This document shows, piece by piece, positions 1 through 9,171 of a stretch of 64,000 bases of DNA. Position 1 is the stretch's first letter. The number at the start of each line of letters is the position of its first letter. Source of the DNA: a virus (taxonomy: Duplodnaviria > Caudoviricetes); the IMG/VR virus record IMGVR_UViG_2740891816_000001, positions 1,621 to 65,620 of that record, one strand, 5' to 3'. A model generated the notes under the pieces. It had not been told where the DNA came from. It worked only from the letters and a program-made list of their open reading frames with translations, and did not search any database. Both the position numbers and the translations under genes were made by a program.

Positions 1-187
1 CACGCCGGCGGAGCGTGCTGACTACTTCGTCGTCGACCAGGCCCTGATCCTTCAAGACGACTTCTTCTTCTGGCTTGCCGGGGGTGTAGATGACCAGGGC
101 GATTTTCGCGCCAGGCCAAAGGGTTTCGCTGATTTTGACCAGCGCGTCGTTTGCTACTCGGTGGAAACGCTCAAGAATTGCAGACAT
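1..187 (-). CDS. Phage hypothetical protein, 3' end runs off the window (MSAILERFHRVANDALVKISETLWPGAK...)
   Basis: Read manually: ATG at 187, GAGG RBS upstream, open to position 1. Confidence 0.65.
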   Translation of the reverse strand, partial: MSAILERFHRVANDALVKISETLWPGAKIALVIYTPGKPEEEVVLKDQGLVDDEVVSTLRRR

Positions 188-236
188 AGGGATACCTCGC
201 CCGCCGCTCACCGGCAGGCATGTAGGGGGATTGGGG

Positions 237-1001
237 TTAGGGTGTGCCGGCGAGGTCGGCCTCTGCCATCTCGCAGAAGAATGAGCAGGACGGGATTTTC
301 TCGTTACGACGCACCGGGCCTTCGCCCAGTTCGCGGAGGGAAAACCGCACGTTGGTGGTGCGATTGCGAAACAGGTATGAACCCTCGCCGAGGTCGTCCT
401 GCACCTGACACAGCGCTTCAAACTGATCCGGGAAGTCTTGGCGGATCGCCCGGAAATACCCCTCGCCACCCTTCACGCAGCCGATGCAGTTCGCGTTGTC
501 GTAGCCCAGCCGGTACATAAGCGGCAGCTCTATTCCTGCGCGCAGAACCATTGCCTTGCAGTCCTCTTTCCCTAACCCTGCATCAATCAACGGTGCAACG
601 ACCGGCCGATCTGGGTTTCGGTCACGAAAGTCCTCAAGGCGGTCAACCTCTTCGGCGGTGTAACCGAACACCATCACGTCTCCCGGCTGCTTCCAGGTGT
701 CGAGCAGGCGCCGTTTCAACAACTTGGTGCAGGGCGCGCCGTTTCGCCCCTTCATGAACCGCTCGCGGTGAAATACCTGGAGGATGTCGGCGCCGTACTT
801 GTCGTCTCGGAGCACCGTAATGGGCCGCCCGAACCATGCTTCGCAGTCTTGGGCAAATCGGCGGTTGTCGTCGTGCTCATTGGCCAGGTAGGCGTTGATT
901 ATTTGCACATCGTGGGTTGTGCCAAATTCGGCCAGAGCCAGCTTAGTGGCCACCGCTGAAGCCGCACCGCAACTAAACTGGCAAACGATTCTGTTATTCA
1001 T
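237..1001 (-). CDS. PAPS-reductase/PP-loop (adenine nucleotide alpha-hydrolase-like) phage protein, probable Fe-S
   Basis: N-terminal QFSCGAASAVA PP-loop-like motif, NANCIGCVKGG and CSFFC Cys motifs. Confidence 0.75.
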   Translation of the reverse strand: MNNRIVCQFSCGAASAVATKLALAEFGTTHDVQIINAYLANEHDDNRRFAQDCEAWFGRPITVLRDDKYGADILQVFHRERFMKGRNGAPCTKLLKRRLLDTWKQPGDVMVFGYTAEEVDRLEDFRDRNPDRPVVAPLIDAGLGKEDCKAMVLRAGIELPLMYRLGYDNANCIGCVKGGEGYFRAIRQDFPDQFEALCQVQDDLGEGSYLFRNRTTNVRFSLRELGEGPVRRNEKIPSCSFFCEMAEADLAGTP

Positions 1002-1050
1002 GGCATCGGCCCCTTGTAGATGAAGGCGTAGGCGAACCAGAGGGTGGCGA

Positions 1051-1653
1051 TCATGGCGTCACCTCGCGGCGCGCCCACCAGCAGACCGGGCCGTCGTCGG
1101 TGTCATGGATGGCCAAGCAGAACCAGCCTTGACCATCAGGGCGCTCAGGCTCCCAGTAGCTGCAATCAGGGTCGTGGGATTCGAAGTAGCGGGTGGCAAT
1201 CGCTTCATCTGCATATTCAAGGCTCACCATCTGAACTTTCAGACCCTGCTCAGCGATCCAGGCCTTGCACTTATCGCCATCACCCTCTTCAAAGTCCGGC
1301 ATGTCGGGGTGTTGGAACATTCCGTTTTCGTCCCGCCGCACCAGTCGGTGATTTATCAGGCCGATTCGATCCAAGCGCTCAATCTCTGCCAGGAGCAGGG
1401 CTGCTGCCTTGACCATGTCGCGACGCCGATCAGCGCTTGGCTTGCACGTCTCCTGCTTCCAGGGCCATGCCGTACTGCGCGTGGTCGGCTTTCCCGCAAG
1501 ACTTGCGTAGGTCGCGCCGGCTTCGGCGAGCTCGCCATTCACGTAAAGATCGTCGCGGTACAGCGAATAGCCTTCGGCTGAAACTTGGCGCTGACGTTCG
1601 GCGACCACGTCTCGCGCCGCGCGATTGAGGCGGATTGCAATTTCTTTAGGCAT
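1051..1653 (-). CDS. Conserved phage hypothetical protein (MPKEIAIRLNRAARDVVAERQRQ...)
   Basis: ORF track; start moved to the ATG after AAGGA; 'DVVAERQRQ..EG' and 'RRDMVKAAALLLAEIERLDR' motifs typical of phage accessory proteins. Confidence 0.75.
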   Translation of the reverse strand: MPKEIAIRLNRAARDVVAERQRQVSAEGYSLYRDDLYVNGELAEAGATYASLAGKPTTRSTAWPWKQETCKPSADRRRDMVKAAALLLAEIERLDRIGLINHRLVRRDENGMFQHPDMPDFEEGDGDKCKAWIAEQGLKVQMVSLEYADEAIATRYFESHDPDCSYWEPERPDGQGWFCLAIHDTDDGPVCWWARREVTP

Positions 1654-1835
1654 GACTTCGTCCTTGCCGCTATAGCGGCTGACTTTGAAGGGGGAGGGGG
1701 ATTGAAAACTATTAAGGGCAGCGGTGCGCCGATCCAAATGGTTCAGTAAATTGAATTAACGCTGTCAGCCTAGGTCATCTGCAGGACGGGAATAAAACAC
1801 GGAGTTTCCGGAGAGACCCGTCGCAAGGCTATTGC

Positions 1836-2048
1836 ATGAGCCATATTGATGATTTCCGGTTTGATTCTCAAAAGCTGCTTGTTGAGCTTGACGCTACGAC
1901 AACTAAGATGATGGTCTTGGTCGCTTCAAAAAAGGTGACCGGTCCAGAATGGGAAGATGCGGTGAAAGACCAAAAATCCGCTTTTGATGACTGGATTTCG
2001 TTCCTCAACTCCCCCGAACTCTCCATTGACAGATCAGACCTGATCTAA
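1836..2048 (+). CDS. Small hypothetical protein (moron, 70 aa)
   Basis: Opposite strand to neighbours, lower GC. Confidence 0.6.
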   Translation: MSHIDDFRFDSQKLLVELDATTTKMMVLVASKKVTGPEWEDAVKDQKSAFDDWISFLNSPELSIDRSDLI

Positions 2049-2726
2049 CTTCTTGTCCCTCGTTACTAGATCATGGGCATTCACAACCGCCATGCCGGCC
2101 TGCTGTTCCTGGCGCAGCGCCTGCTGCACTGCCTCCACAACCCGACGCAGGTACGTGAACTTGTGGTTTTCTTCGACAGCCTTGCCGTCGAGCGGGTAGT
2201 GCCATTCCTCACCGAACAGCTCGGTCAACAATCTGCTCTGGTGCCAGCATTCGTTAGGGCTCTCGATAGTGCGCAATGAGTCGATGTCGTGCCAAAGCTC
2301 GCGCGCCTCATCCTTGCTCAGTTCGCCCAGCTCCCAGTCATGTCGCCCGGTCTGTTGCCGGCGGCGCTGGACGATGCACTTCTTGGCCAGGGTGTGCAGC
2401 GCGTCTCCGCTGAACACGGTTGAGCTGATTCCACGATCCAGGCAATTCAGGACATAGTCCCAACCGCAGTTAGTGACGAACTCGGCAACGGTGCGCGGGC
2501 CCATGCCTCCCCAGTAAGCGTTCCAACTGTTGTCCCAGCAGTTGATGGTGATCTTGCCCTGGGCGGTCTGGTAGTTCGGATCGGATTCGGTCGGGCAGTC
2601 GCGCCGGCCGAAGTCCTCGAGGAACACGGTGATCGGGTCTAGCCGTGGCGCGCCGGTGATCACCAGCTTCGTTACAGTCGAGCGCTCAACCTTCAGCGGC
2701 TCGGCCGGTTTGTTTTCTGTGGGCAT
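2034..2726 (-). CDS. Conserved phage hypothetical protein (MPTENKPAEPLKVERSTVTKL...)
   Basis: ORF track; start at ATG 2726 after GAGG. Confidence 0.75.
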   Translation of the reverse strand: MPTENKPAEPLKVERSTVTKLVITGAPRLDPITVFLEDFGRRDCPTESDPNYQTAQGKITINCWDNSWNAYWGGMGPRTVAEFVTNCGWDYVLNCLDRGISSTVFSGDALHTLAKKCIVQRRRQQTGRHDWELGELSKDEARELWHDIDSLRTIESPNECWHQSRLLTELFGEEWHYPLDGKAVEENHKFTYLRRVVEAVQQALRQEQQAGMAVVNAHDLVTRDKKLDQV

Positions 2727-2772
2727 GGGGGTACCTCGCCGGTATATTGGTTGTCTTTTTGGGAGGAAAAGA

Positions 2773-3426
2773 ATGTCTTTTTGTTTGGCGCTGACAGATG
2801 TTGACTGGTCGTTGACCAAAGACGCGTTCTCTATCCTTGGTACGATCGCGAGCGCCTTAGGTGTTGGACTAGCTTTTTATGTTGGTATCGAAGGACTGGC
2901 AACATGGAAGAGACAGCTCAGAGGGACTACTCATCATGAGCTGGCGCGTAAGGCCTTAATTGAGCTCTACAAGTACAGAGAGTCAGTTGAGCGCGCCCGC
3001 TCGCCAGCGATGATGGGTTCTGAGCTGGAGCTAAAGCCTGAAGAGGAAGCAGATCTGACTTTTCGCGAAAAAAGCTACTTACGCAAATGCAGCGGCTACC
3101 AAAAAAGGTTCGACGCGATGTTCGCTGCGCGCGCCCCTATTCATGCGACTCTGCTTGAAAGTGAAGCGCTCTGGGGGAAGGAGTTGGGCGAGCTCTTCAA
3201 GCCGTTATTTAGTATGCAGCATGATTTCTTGCTATATGTTGAATATTGGCTAATGGCGTCGGATCCCCGGGAAGATGAGGATTATCGCAGAACTTATTGG
3301 GACGTTATAAAGGACAAGCCTAAGATCATCTTCGACAAGTTGGGCGATGATGGTGATGAGTTTCGGCAGAACTTCAATCGCTGCGTTGCAGGTATTGAGC
3401 AATATTTAAAGCCTAAACTCGCATAA
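2773..3426 (+). CDS. Moron: N-terminal transmembrane helix plus helical domain, unknown function
   Basis: GGGAGG RBS, hydrophobic FSILGTIASALGVGLAFYVGI, lower GC, opposite strand. Confidence 0.75.
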   Translation: MSFCLALTDVDWSLTKDAFSILGTIASALGVGLAFYVGIEGLATWKRQLRGTTHHELARKALIELYKYRESVERARSPAMMGSELELKPEEEADLTFREKSYLRKCSGYQKRFDAMFAARAPIHATLLESEALWGKELGELFKPLFSMQHDFLLYVEYWLMASDPREDEDYRRTYWDVIKDKPKIIFDKLGDDGDEFRQNFNRCVAGIEQYLKPKLA

Positions 3427-3467
3427 CCTTTATGGCCGTCCACTTCGGCGCAACAGGCGTGGGGGCA

Positions 3468-4391
3468 TCAAGCTGCTGATTTGAGCACTTCTATGATTCG
3501 TTGTCCGGCCAGCGGCGGCACCGCGTTGCCAGTCATGTGCATGGTCAGCTTGTGGTTGTCCGGGCGAAGAGTGTCTTTGGGAAAAGACTGAGCAGCCATG
3601 GCCTCGTCAGCGCTGATCATCCGCATCATGTCGCCGTCGACTACGGCCCAGCGGTCCAGCGTGGTGATGGTGCCGATCGGGCGGTCAAGACTTCGACCGG
3701 TGAGGCCAGAGCCTGACCCGTAGTAGGGCATCACGAAACGATCACCGAAACGCTCGCGACCATTCTTCACGCGGGTAAGTGTCGATGCGGCGCGGCCTGG
3801 CTTGTTGATCGGCGACCATTTGCCGGCGTCGAAGTCGATAATCTCGCGGGCCGGCACATGCTGGTAGCGGGGCAATTGCAAGTGCAGCGGGGCCTTGCTG
3901 CGCGAGCAGACCATGAATAAGCGCACGCGGTGCTGAGGCACGCCGAGATCTGCGCAGTCCACGATGTGTGGCGCCAGTGCGTAACCCAGTCGCTGCATCG
4001 CGTCAGCCCACGCCGGGTACAGAATCCAGTCCATGAATTCCGGCACGTTCTCGATCACTGCGAATTCCGGCCGGTTGACCTCGGCGTTCTGTACCGGTGC
4101 CCAGGCTGTCGATCGCGAGTTGTCGTGCTGAGGGTTTCCTGCAGCCTTGCCGCGAGCCTTCGTGTGGCCTTGGCAGCACGGCGAGGCGAGCATGACATCG
4201 TGCTTCGGCACGTCCGCCCAGTTCGCCTGATGCAGATCCTGACAGGCGTGGATGGTCTCCGGGTTGTTTCGTGTGTGTCACTCGACCGCCTCAGGCCAAT
4301 GGTTTGCAGCCCAGAGAACATTGAGCCCGGCATCCTTGCCGCCGCGCGTCCATCCACCGAAACCAGAAAATAAGTCAATTGCTGTGAGCAT
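3468..4391 (-). pseudogene. C5-cytosine DNA methyltransferase with in-frame TGA at codon 38 (4278-4280)
   Basis: Motifs DLFSGFGG (I), SPCCQ (IV), ENV (VI), QHRVRLF (VIII), GNAV (X) all in one frame; GAG-TGA-CAC interrupts at a position where Trp fits. Confidence 0.9.
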
Positions 4392-4459
4392 GCGGGACCC
4401 TCGCCGGCTGGCGTGATTCGTTGATATGGGGTATTACGGGTGACCGGAAGGGCGTTGGC

Positions 4460-4882
4460 TCAGGCGGCTACGGCGTCTTCGAACTTGATCAGCAGGCTGC
4501 GGGTGTCGTTGGTGCAGCCGTCTTCTTTGACGCAGTACACGGCCGGGGTGTGCTCATAGATTCGCGTGATCACGCCTTGCTTTACCCTTGTGCCAATAGG
4601 AAGTGGTGGCTCTGGCTTGAACTCTTCAGCCCATGCCTTCACTGCCATATCCTCGGCGCGATCTACGAGATAGTCGACCTCGTCCAGCGCCTCCATATCA
4701 TCCCGCGTGGTGTCCCATGACGCATACTTGTCGAGTTCCTTTGCTAGTTCAAAGCCGTCCATGTGGCGGCGGTAGTGCTGGGCAATAGTTTCGGCGTCTC
4801 CGTTGATCTTCTCGGCTACAACGGTACAGGCCGCGAGGATCATTGCTTTGTCAGCCTTAGGGCGCGGTGGAATGGTACTCAT
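4460..4882 (-). CDS. Phage hypothetical protein
   Basis: 140 aa ORF with GGAG RBS in the early-left operon. Confidence 0.7.
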   Translation of the reverse strand: MSTIPPRPKADKAMILAACTVVAEKINGDAETIAQHYRRHMDGFELAKELDKYASWDTTRDDMEALDEVDYLVDRAEDMAVKAWAEEFKPEPPLPIGTRVKQGVITRIYEHTPAVYCVKEDGCTNDTRSLLIKFEDAVAA

Positions 4883-4939
4883 GGATTATCTCCAGTCAGG
4901 CGCCGCCCTCCGGGTTCCGGATGCAGCGAGTAGGGTGGG

Positions 4940-5251
4940 TTATGCTTCTTCGGCGTCGAGCCGTGATGCTTGGCGTTGGCCAATGGCGTAGAGTTCTTCC
5001 GCCACGTTTTCGTTAACTTCGATTTTGTGGCGCGAACGAAGCGCCTCTCTTGCTCCGTCCGGGCCAAGCGAGTGAACGTAGCGCAGAGATCCGGCCATCA
5101 CGGACGCCTGCTCGGTGTCCTCAGTCCAGGCCATTAGATCGGCAAGCATCTGCTTTTCGCCCTGACGCACACGGTGCCGTAATTCTTCCTCGCCGCGCTC
5201 CTTGCGTTTCGCCGCGCTCTTTGCTGACCGCGTTTGTTGATCCATGGCCAT
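4940..5251 (-). CDS. Conserved Pseudomonas phage protein (homolog at 56786-57160)
   Basis: ORF; similar to the second copy in this window. Confidence 0.75.
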   Translation of the reverse strand: MAMDQQTRSAKSAAKRKERGEEELRHRVRQGEKQMLADLMAWTEDTEQASVMAGSLRYVHSLGPDGAREALRSRHKIEVNENVAEELYAIGQRQASRLDAEEA

Positions 5252-5320
5252 GGCCTACCTCTTCTATTCCGCTGGCCGGCAGTGCGAGCCAGGTTTGACG
5301 TTTGCGTTGCTGGATGCGGG

Positions 5321-5791
5321 CTATGCGGCGCATGAATCGACCTTCACCTGGTGCCAGGCGCCGACGGCTTCGAATATCCGCGCTGCGTGCGCCTCGTCCA
5401 GAGATATCGCTTCCGGGATGGCAATCCAGCCCGAAGCCACCATCTGGCTTTGATTGGCCTCGTCGCGCAGCTTCTTGTAGCAATGCTCGATCATGTCTTC
5501 CAGGTGGTCCGAGAGGTAAACGCCATCGGGCGCTACCTCCACCGACTTGCTGTACCGGTCGCCGCGGGCGTCGATGCAAAGCGCGCTGAGGTAGATCGTC
5601 CACCGGTGGGGAATGCCGCAGACGGCCTGGCCAATCTTCCCGGGCGCGATGTTCTTGAGCGACTTGTAATTGATCATGCCCTGGCGACCGCTGGGGCCGA
5701 TGTTCACCACGGCGACGTGATTGGAGGCCAGCAGTGAGCGGCACGACCGGGCGATGCGCGCCTGGAGGTTGTGTGCCTTGCGCTTGCTCAT
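5321..5791 (-). CDS. Conserved Pseudomonas phage protein (remnant homologs at ~57242-57607 and ~62700-62845)
   Basis: ORF; SGRQGMINYKS/IAPGKIGQAVCGIPHRWTIY repeated in other copies. Confidence 0.8.
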   Translation of the reverse strand: MSKRKAHNLQARIARSCRSLLASNHVAVVNIGPSGRQGMINYKSLKNIAPGKIGQAVCGIPHRWTIYLSALCIDARGDRYSKSVEVAPDGVYLSDHLEDMIEHCYKKLRDEANQSQMVASGWIAIPEAISLDEAHAARIFEAVGAWHQVKVDSCAA

Positions 5792-6030
5792 AATGCCTCC
5801 GCGAGTTTGCGCAGAGCATTACGCTCGGCCCTTGAAATAGGGGGCTTGCGGCGCTTCAGGATGGTTTCGGGGTCAATCTTTTCCGAACGCTTGGCGGGGT
5901 CTGGATTAATCACCGGGCTTTTACCGATGGTGTATTTCCCACCTGCTGCCAGGTGTTGCTGGACCTGAAAGGAAAGCTCCAGGGCTTTCGCACGCCGAAA
6001 TTCGATGTCTGATTTTAGGTTGCTGATCAT
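5788..6030 (-). CDS. Phage hypothetical protein
   Basis: 80 aa ORF coupled to neighbours. Confidence 0.7.
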   Translation of the reverse strand: MISNLKSDIEFRRAKALELSFQVQQHLAAGGKYTIGKSPVINPDPAKRSEKIDPETILKRRKPPISRAERNALRKLAEAL

Positions 6031-6032
6031 TA

Positions 6033-6695
6033 TCAGGCTCCTAAGCGATGGGCCTGCGCCCGAGCTTTGTCCGCTACCTCATCAACCATGCGATTCAGTT
6101 CCAAGTTGAACTGGACCAGCTCTTTGTGCAGGTTGGCGATGTAGTCCTCATCGCGGTAAATCGTCTCGATATAGAGCTGACACTCTTCATCTTGGCGAGA
6201 ATCAAAGGACAGGAAGTCCCACCATTTTCGGCCCGTAACGAACATGCAGCCTTGGACCTGCGGCATGTGTTCCTCGGGCATGCCTTCGAGCCAAGTTCTG
6301 ACGTGTATCGCTTCGTTGAAGGGGCACTTCGATTCGGTGCCCCCGTCATCGCTGATAAGGCCGTCTGGCGAACATCCAAGCCAGTCGTACTTTGGGTGGA
6401 CGATGAACTCTGACGGTATGACGATGTTGCCCGTCAGCATCTCGTAGGCGTCTTGTGCCTTTTGCTCTTCGGTGTGGCCCCACTTTAAAGAGGCGCTGCT
6501 GACGTTGTGCTTGGACTTCTTTGCCAGCCGCTCGAAGCACAGCTCACGCATGTATGACGTGCGTGCGCCCATAGGCTCGCGCTTACCATTTTTGTCAGGC
6601 TTCCCCCAGGCCATCACGTCTTTAAAGCGGCTGGCTGTCACGCGCCCAGATCGGTCCGCACGCCACTTTTCTGTGCCCTGAAGCTCCGCTCTCAC
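6033..6695 (-). CDS. YqaJ/lambda-exonuclease family recombination nuclease
   Basis: W..R.GRVTASRF, WG..EE, GCSPDGL...ESKCP, QVQG.M motifs. Confidence 0.92.
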   Translation of the reverse strand: MRAELQGTEKWRADRSGRVTASRFKDVMAWGKPDKNGKREPMGARTSYMRELCFERLAKKSKHNVSSASLKWGHTEEQKAQDAYEMLTGNIVIPSEFIVHPKYDWLGCSPDGLISDDGGTESKCPFNEAIHVRTWLEGMPEEHMPQVQGCMFVTGRKWWDFLSFDSRQDEECQLYIETIYRDEDYIANLHKELVQFNLELNRMVDEVADKARAQAHRLGA

Positions 6696-7684
6696 TACGC
6701 AGCCTCCTCTGAATGGGACTGGTCACCGCTGGGGCCCGTTATGTCGGTAAAGTCGGCATCGACGGTAGCCGCCAAGCTTTTTAGGGCTTCGTGGCATTCC
6801 AGGCCGATCGCTGCGCGCTGCTTCGGCTTGAGACCTGCCCAGGCGGCCGCGTAGGCGTCGATGTCCTGCTGCCTTGCAACGACCAGGAGGTCTGCGAATA
6901 CGCCGTCTATTTCAGGCGATGGGGATTTGGGGCCAAACGAAACGCCAGCGGCGGCAGCGCTGTTTGCGGCTTGTTTTGTTGGAGTGATATCAATCTCGCC
7001 GCCGTATGAATCCTCGAATTCATCGGGCGTATAAACGCCAAGGATCACGTCAGGACAGAAGAGGCGTGCCCACTTCTTGGTCACCAAGTAGGCGATCTGT
7101 TGTTTGGGGTCTTCCGCCCAAAGCGTAGAGTTGCGCGTGCGGACCTGGGTCAGCAGAAGCTCCAGAGTGCGTGGCTCGTCTTCGCCCCGAAAGGTCGCCC
7201 AAACCTTGATGCCGAGCCCTTTTTCATCGTCAAAGCTCCAGGCGGGAACGCGATATTTTTTAAACTCGCCAGTGTCCTCATCCTTCTTGGTCTTACTGGT
7301 AACTTCGCGCATCTTCCCGATGACGTTTTCCCAAGCGCCGAACCATTCAAAGTTCAATCGACCTTTGACTGGCGCCTTGGCGGTGATCACTGCGTTAACA
7401 AGCTGCGCCTCGTAGCTCAATGCGCCGCCGTTGACGATGAACGTTTTCTGCGCCACAGCGAAGGGGTTCATTTGCCACTGCATTGCTTGAAGCACCACCG
7501 CCATGCAGTCGGCTTGGTTCCCCTTAAGGTGTTTCGGGACGGTTGTCACTCCCTTCGACATCATCAGCGCGAGGTCGCTCATCGACCGCATGGTGCCTGG
7601 GTCGAGGATGAGCGCGGCCGCGTTGTGCGATGGATCGTGATAAGTGGCGAGGCCGGTTTGTGCTTGGGTGTCTGTATCGGTCAT
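6695..7684 (-). CDS. recT: RecT-family single-strand annealing protein
   Basis: ADCMAV..QA.QW.MNPFAVAQKT, YEAQLVNAVI, W..DPKQQIAY; adjacent to exonuclease. Confidence 0.88.
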   Translation of the reverse strand: MTDTDTQAQTGLATYHDPSHNAAALILDPGTMRSMSDLALMMSKGVTTVPKHLKGNQADCMAVVLQAMQWQMNPFAVAQKTFIVNGGALSYEAQLVNAVITAKAPVKGRLNFEWFGAWENVIGKMREVTSKTKKDEDTGEFKKYRVPAWSFDDEKGLGIKVWATFRGEDEPRTLELLLTQVRTRNSTLWAEDPKQQIAYLVTKKWARLFCPDVILGVYTPDEFEDSYGGEIDITPTKQAANSAAAAGVSFGPKSPSPEIDGVFADLLVVARQQDIDAYAAAWAGLKPKQRAAIGLECHEALKSLAATVDADFTDITGPSGDQSHSEEAA

Positions 7685-7737
7685 TGCGCTCTCCGTGGCC
7701 GACGTGGAGTGGGTCGGCCGGCAGATGGAAAGGATGG

Positions 7738-8886
7738 TTAGAAGCGGGTGGCCCGCAGCCAATCGCGAGCAGTGTCGATAGTCACGTCGAAGCCGAGCGC
7801 TACAACCTCGACAATGTCGTCAGCCGGGGGAGTGGTCGGGTCCACGTCGATGGATTCAACGGAGACGGCGACTACGGCAACAGGGGCGGTTTCAGCCGGA
7901 GTGGCAGTGACAGCGGCCACTGGCGCAGGCGCGGTAGCCTGGGCGCGCAGGCGGGCAAGTTCTTCCTGGTCTCGCTGATACTGGGCTTCGCGCTCGCGCT
8001 GCTGGCGTTGTTGCTCTTCCTGCTGTTCACGCTGCTGGCGTTGCTGTGCCTCCATATCGCGGCGCTGCTGGTCCAGTTCGTCCTGCTGCTGCTTCAACCG
8101 CTTGCGGTCTTCCTCAGCTCGCTGCTTACGTAGCTCCTCGGCTTCGGCGTCGGCGATGCGTTGTTTCTCGCGCAATTCATCTAGTTCTTTCTGCTGGGCC
8201 AGCAACTTAGCAGCAGCTTCTTCTCGCTCAGCGGCAGACTTGAACAGCGCTTCCAGTTGCTCAATGGCGTTGTCGCGAGCGATGGTGCCTTCGGCTTCAA
8301 ATTCGCCATATTCTTCGGGCAGGATCACCGACTCTTTGACACCCTGCAAAATGCTGGAGACGTCTGCGGCGCTGCGGCTTGCATAGGCGGCGGCGACAGA
8401 ACTGAAACGAGTAATTTTTGCCCGGATGGCTTCGACACGCTCAGCCTCGACACGCTCGCGCTCTGCCTTGGCATCAGCTATACGCTTTTCTTCGGCCTTG
8501 ATCGCTTCATCGACAGGCTCTTCAATTGTCAGCACACGAGTCCTGAGTGTTTCACCGAATTCCTTGACTTGATTGACGCGAGCCTGAGCTTCTTTGACCT
8601 TCTGCTGATATGGCACCAATGCGGTTTTGGTGGTCTTATCCAGGGCGTAGCGCACATCGCGGATATCGACGCGAACTTCCTTCGCATTCGCCAAGCCCTC
8701 ACTCGTCGAGCAGTCAACGACCAGCTTCGCGTAGGTGGTCTCCAGGCGAACGATCTGTTCTTCGTGCGGCCGATACTCGGCGATGTCGGTGACCGCTACC
8801 GTAGGGGATAGGTTTTTTTGCGCGCCTTCAGCTTCGTTCATTTCGAGCGGTTCTTGTGCGTGTGCTTGTTTGGTATTTTTGGACAT
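7738..8886 (-). CDS. Long coiled-coil phage protein linked to the recombination module
   Basis: E/Q/R/A-rich heptads; position upstream of recT. Confidence 0.75.
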   Translation of the reverse strand: MSKNTKQAHAQEPLEMNEAEGAQKNLSPTVAVTDIAEYRPHEEQIVRLETTYAKLVVDCSTSEGLANAKEVRVDIRDVRYALDKTTKTALVPYQQKVKEAQARVNQVKEFGETLRTRVLTIEEPVDEAIKAEEKRIADAKAERERVEAERVEAIRAKITRFSSVAAAYASRSAADVSSILQGVKESVILPEEYGEFEAEGTIARDNAIEQLEALFKSAAEREEAAAKLLAQQKELDELREKQRIADAEAEELRKQRAEEDRKRLKQQQDELDQQRRDMEAQQRQQREQQEEQQRQQREREAQYQRDQEELARLRAQATAPAPVAAVTATPAETAPVAVVAVSVESIDVDPTTPPADDIVEVVALGFDVTIDTARDWLRATRF

Positions 8887-8943
8887 GACTATCCCTCGCC
8901 GCGCCTGGCGCAGCATTGAAAGTAGTGGGGTTGGGTTGTGCCG

Positions 8944-9171
8944 TCAGGCGGCAGAAACGAGCGATGCGTTGTAGTCGGCGTAAATCTTGTCGATGAGTGC
9001 CCGGAAGTGCCGGTGTTCGTTTTCGTCGATAACCCGCAGCATGAAAGCGAGGGTGACGCATGATGTGGCCGCCGCACTGGCGTTTGGCTTGCCAAGTTCG
9101 AGAATCATGTTTTCGATCTCTCCCTCGATCCAGTTCACGGCGTTTAGGTGGTCCCGCTGAGTAGCGTTCAT
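8944..9171 (-). CDS. Phage hypothetical protein
   Basis: 75 aa ORF, GGAGG RBS, coupled. Confidence 0.65.
   Translation of the reverse strand: MNATQRDHLNAVNWIEGEIENMILELGKPNASAAATSCVTLAFMLRVIDENEHRHFRALIDKIYADYNASLVSAA

Noticed and set aside
4278-4280. Selenocysteine or alternative genetic code at the TGA
   Set aside because: Position fits Trp rather than Cys, no SECIS-like hairpin evident, and TGA terminates many other genes in this phage
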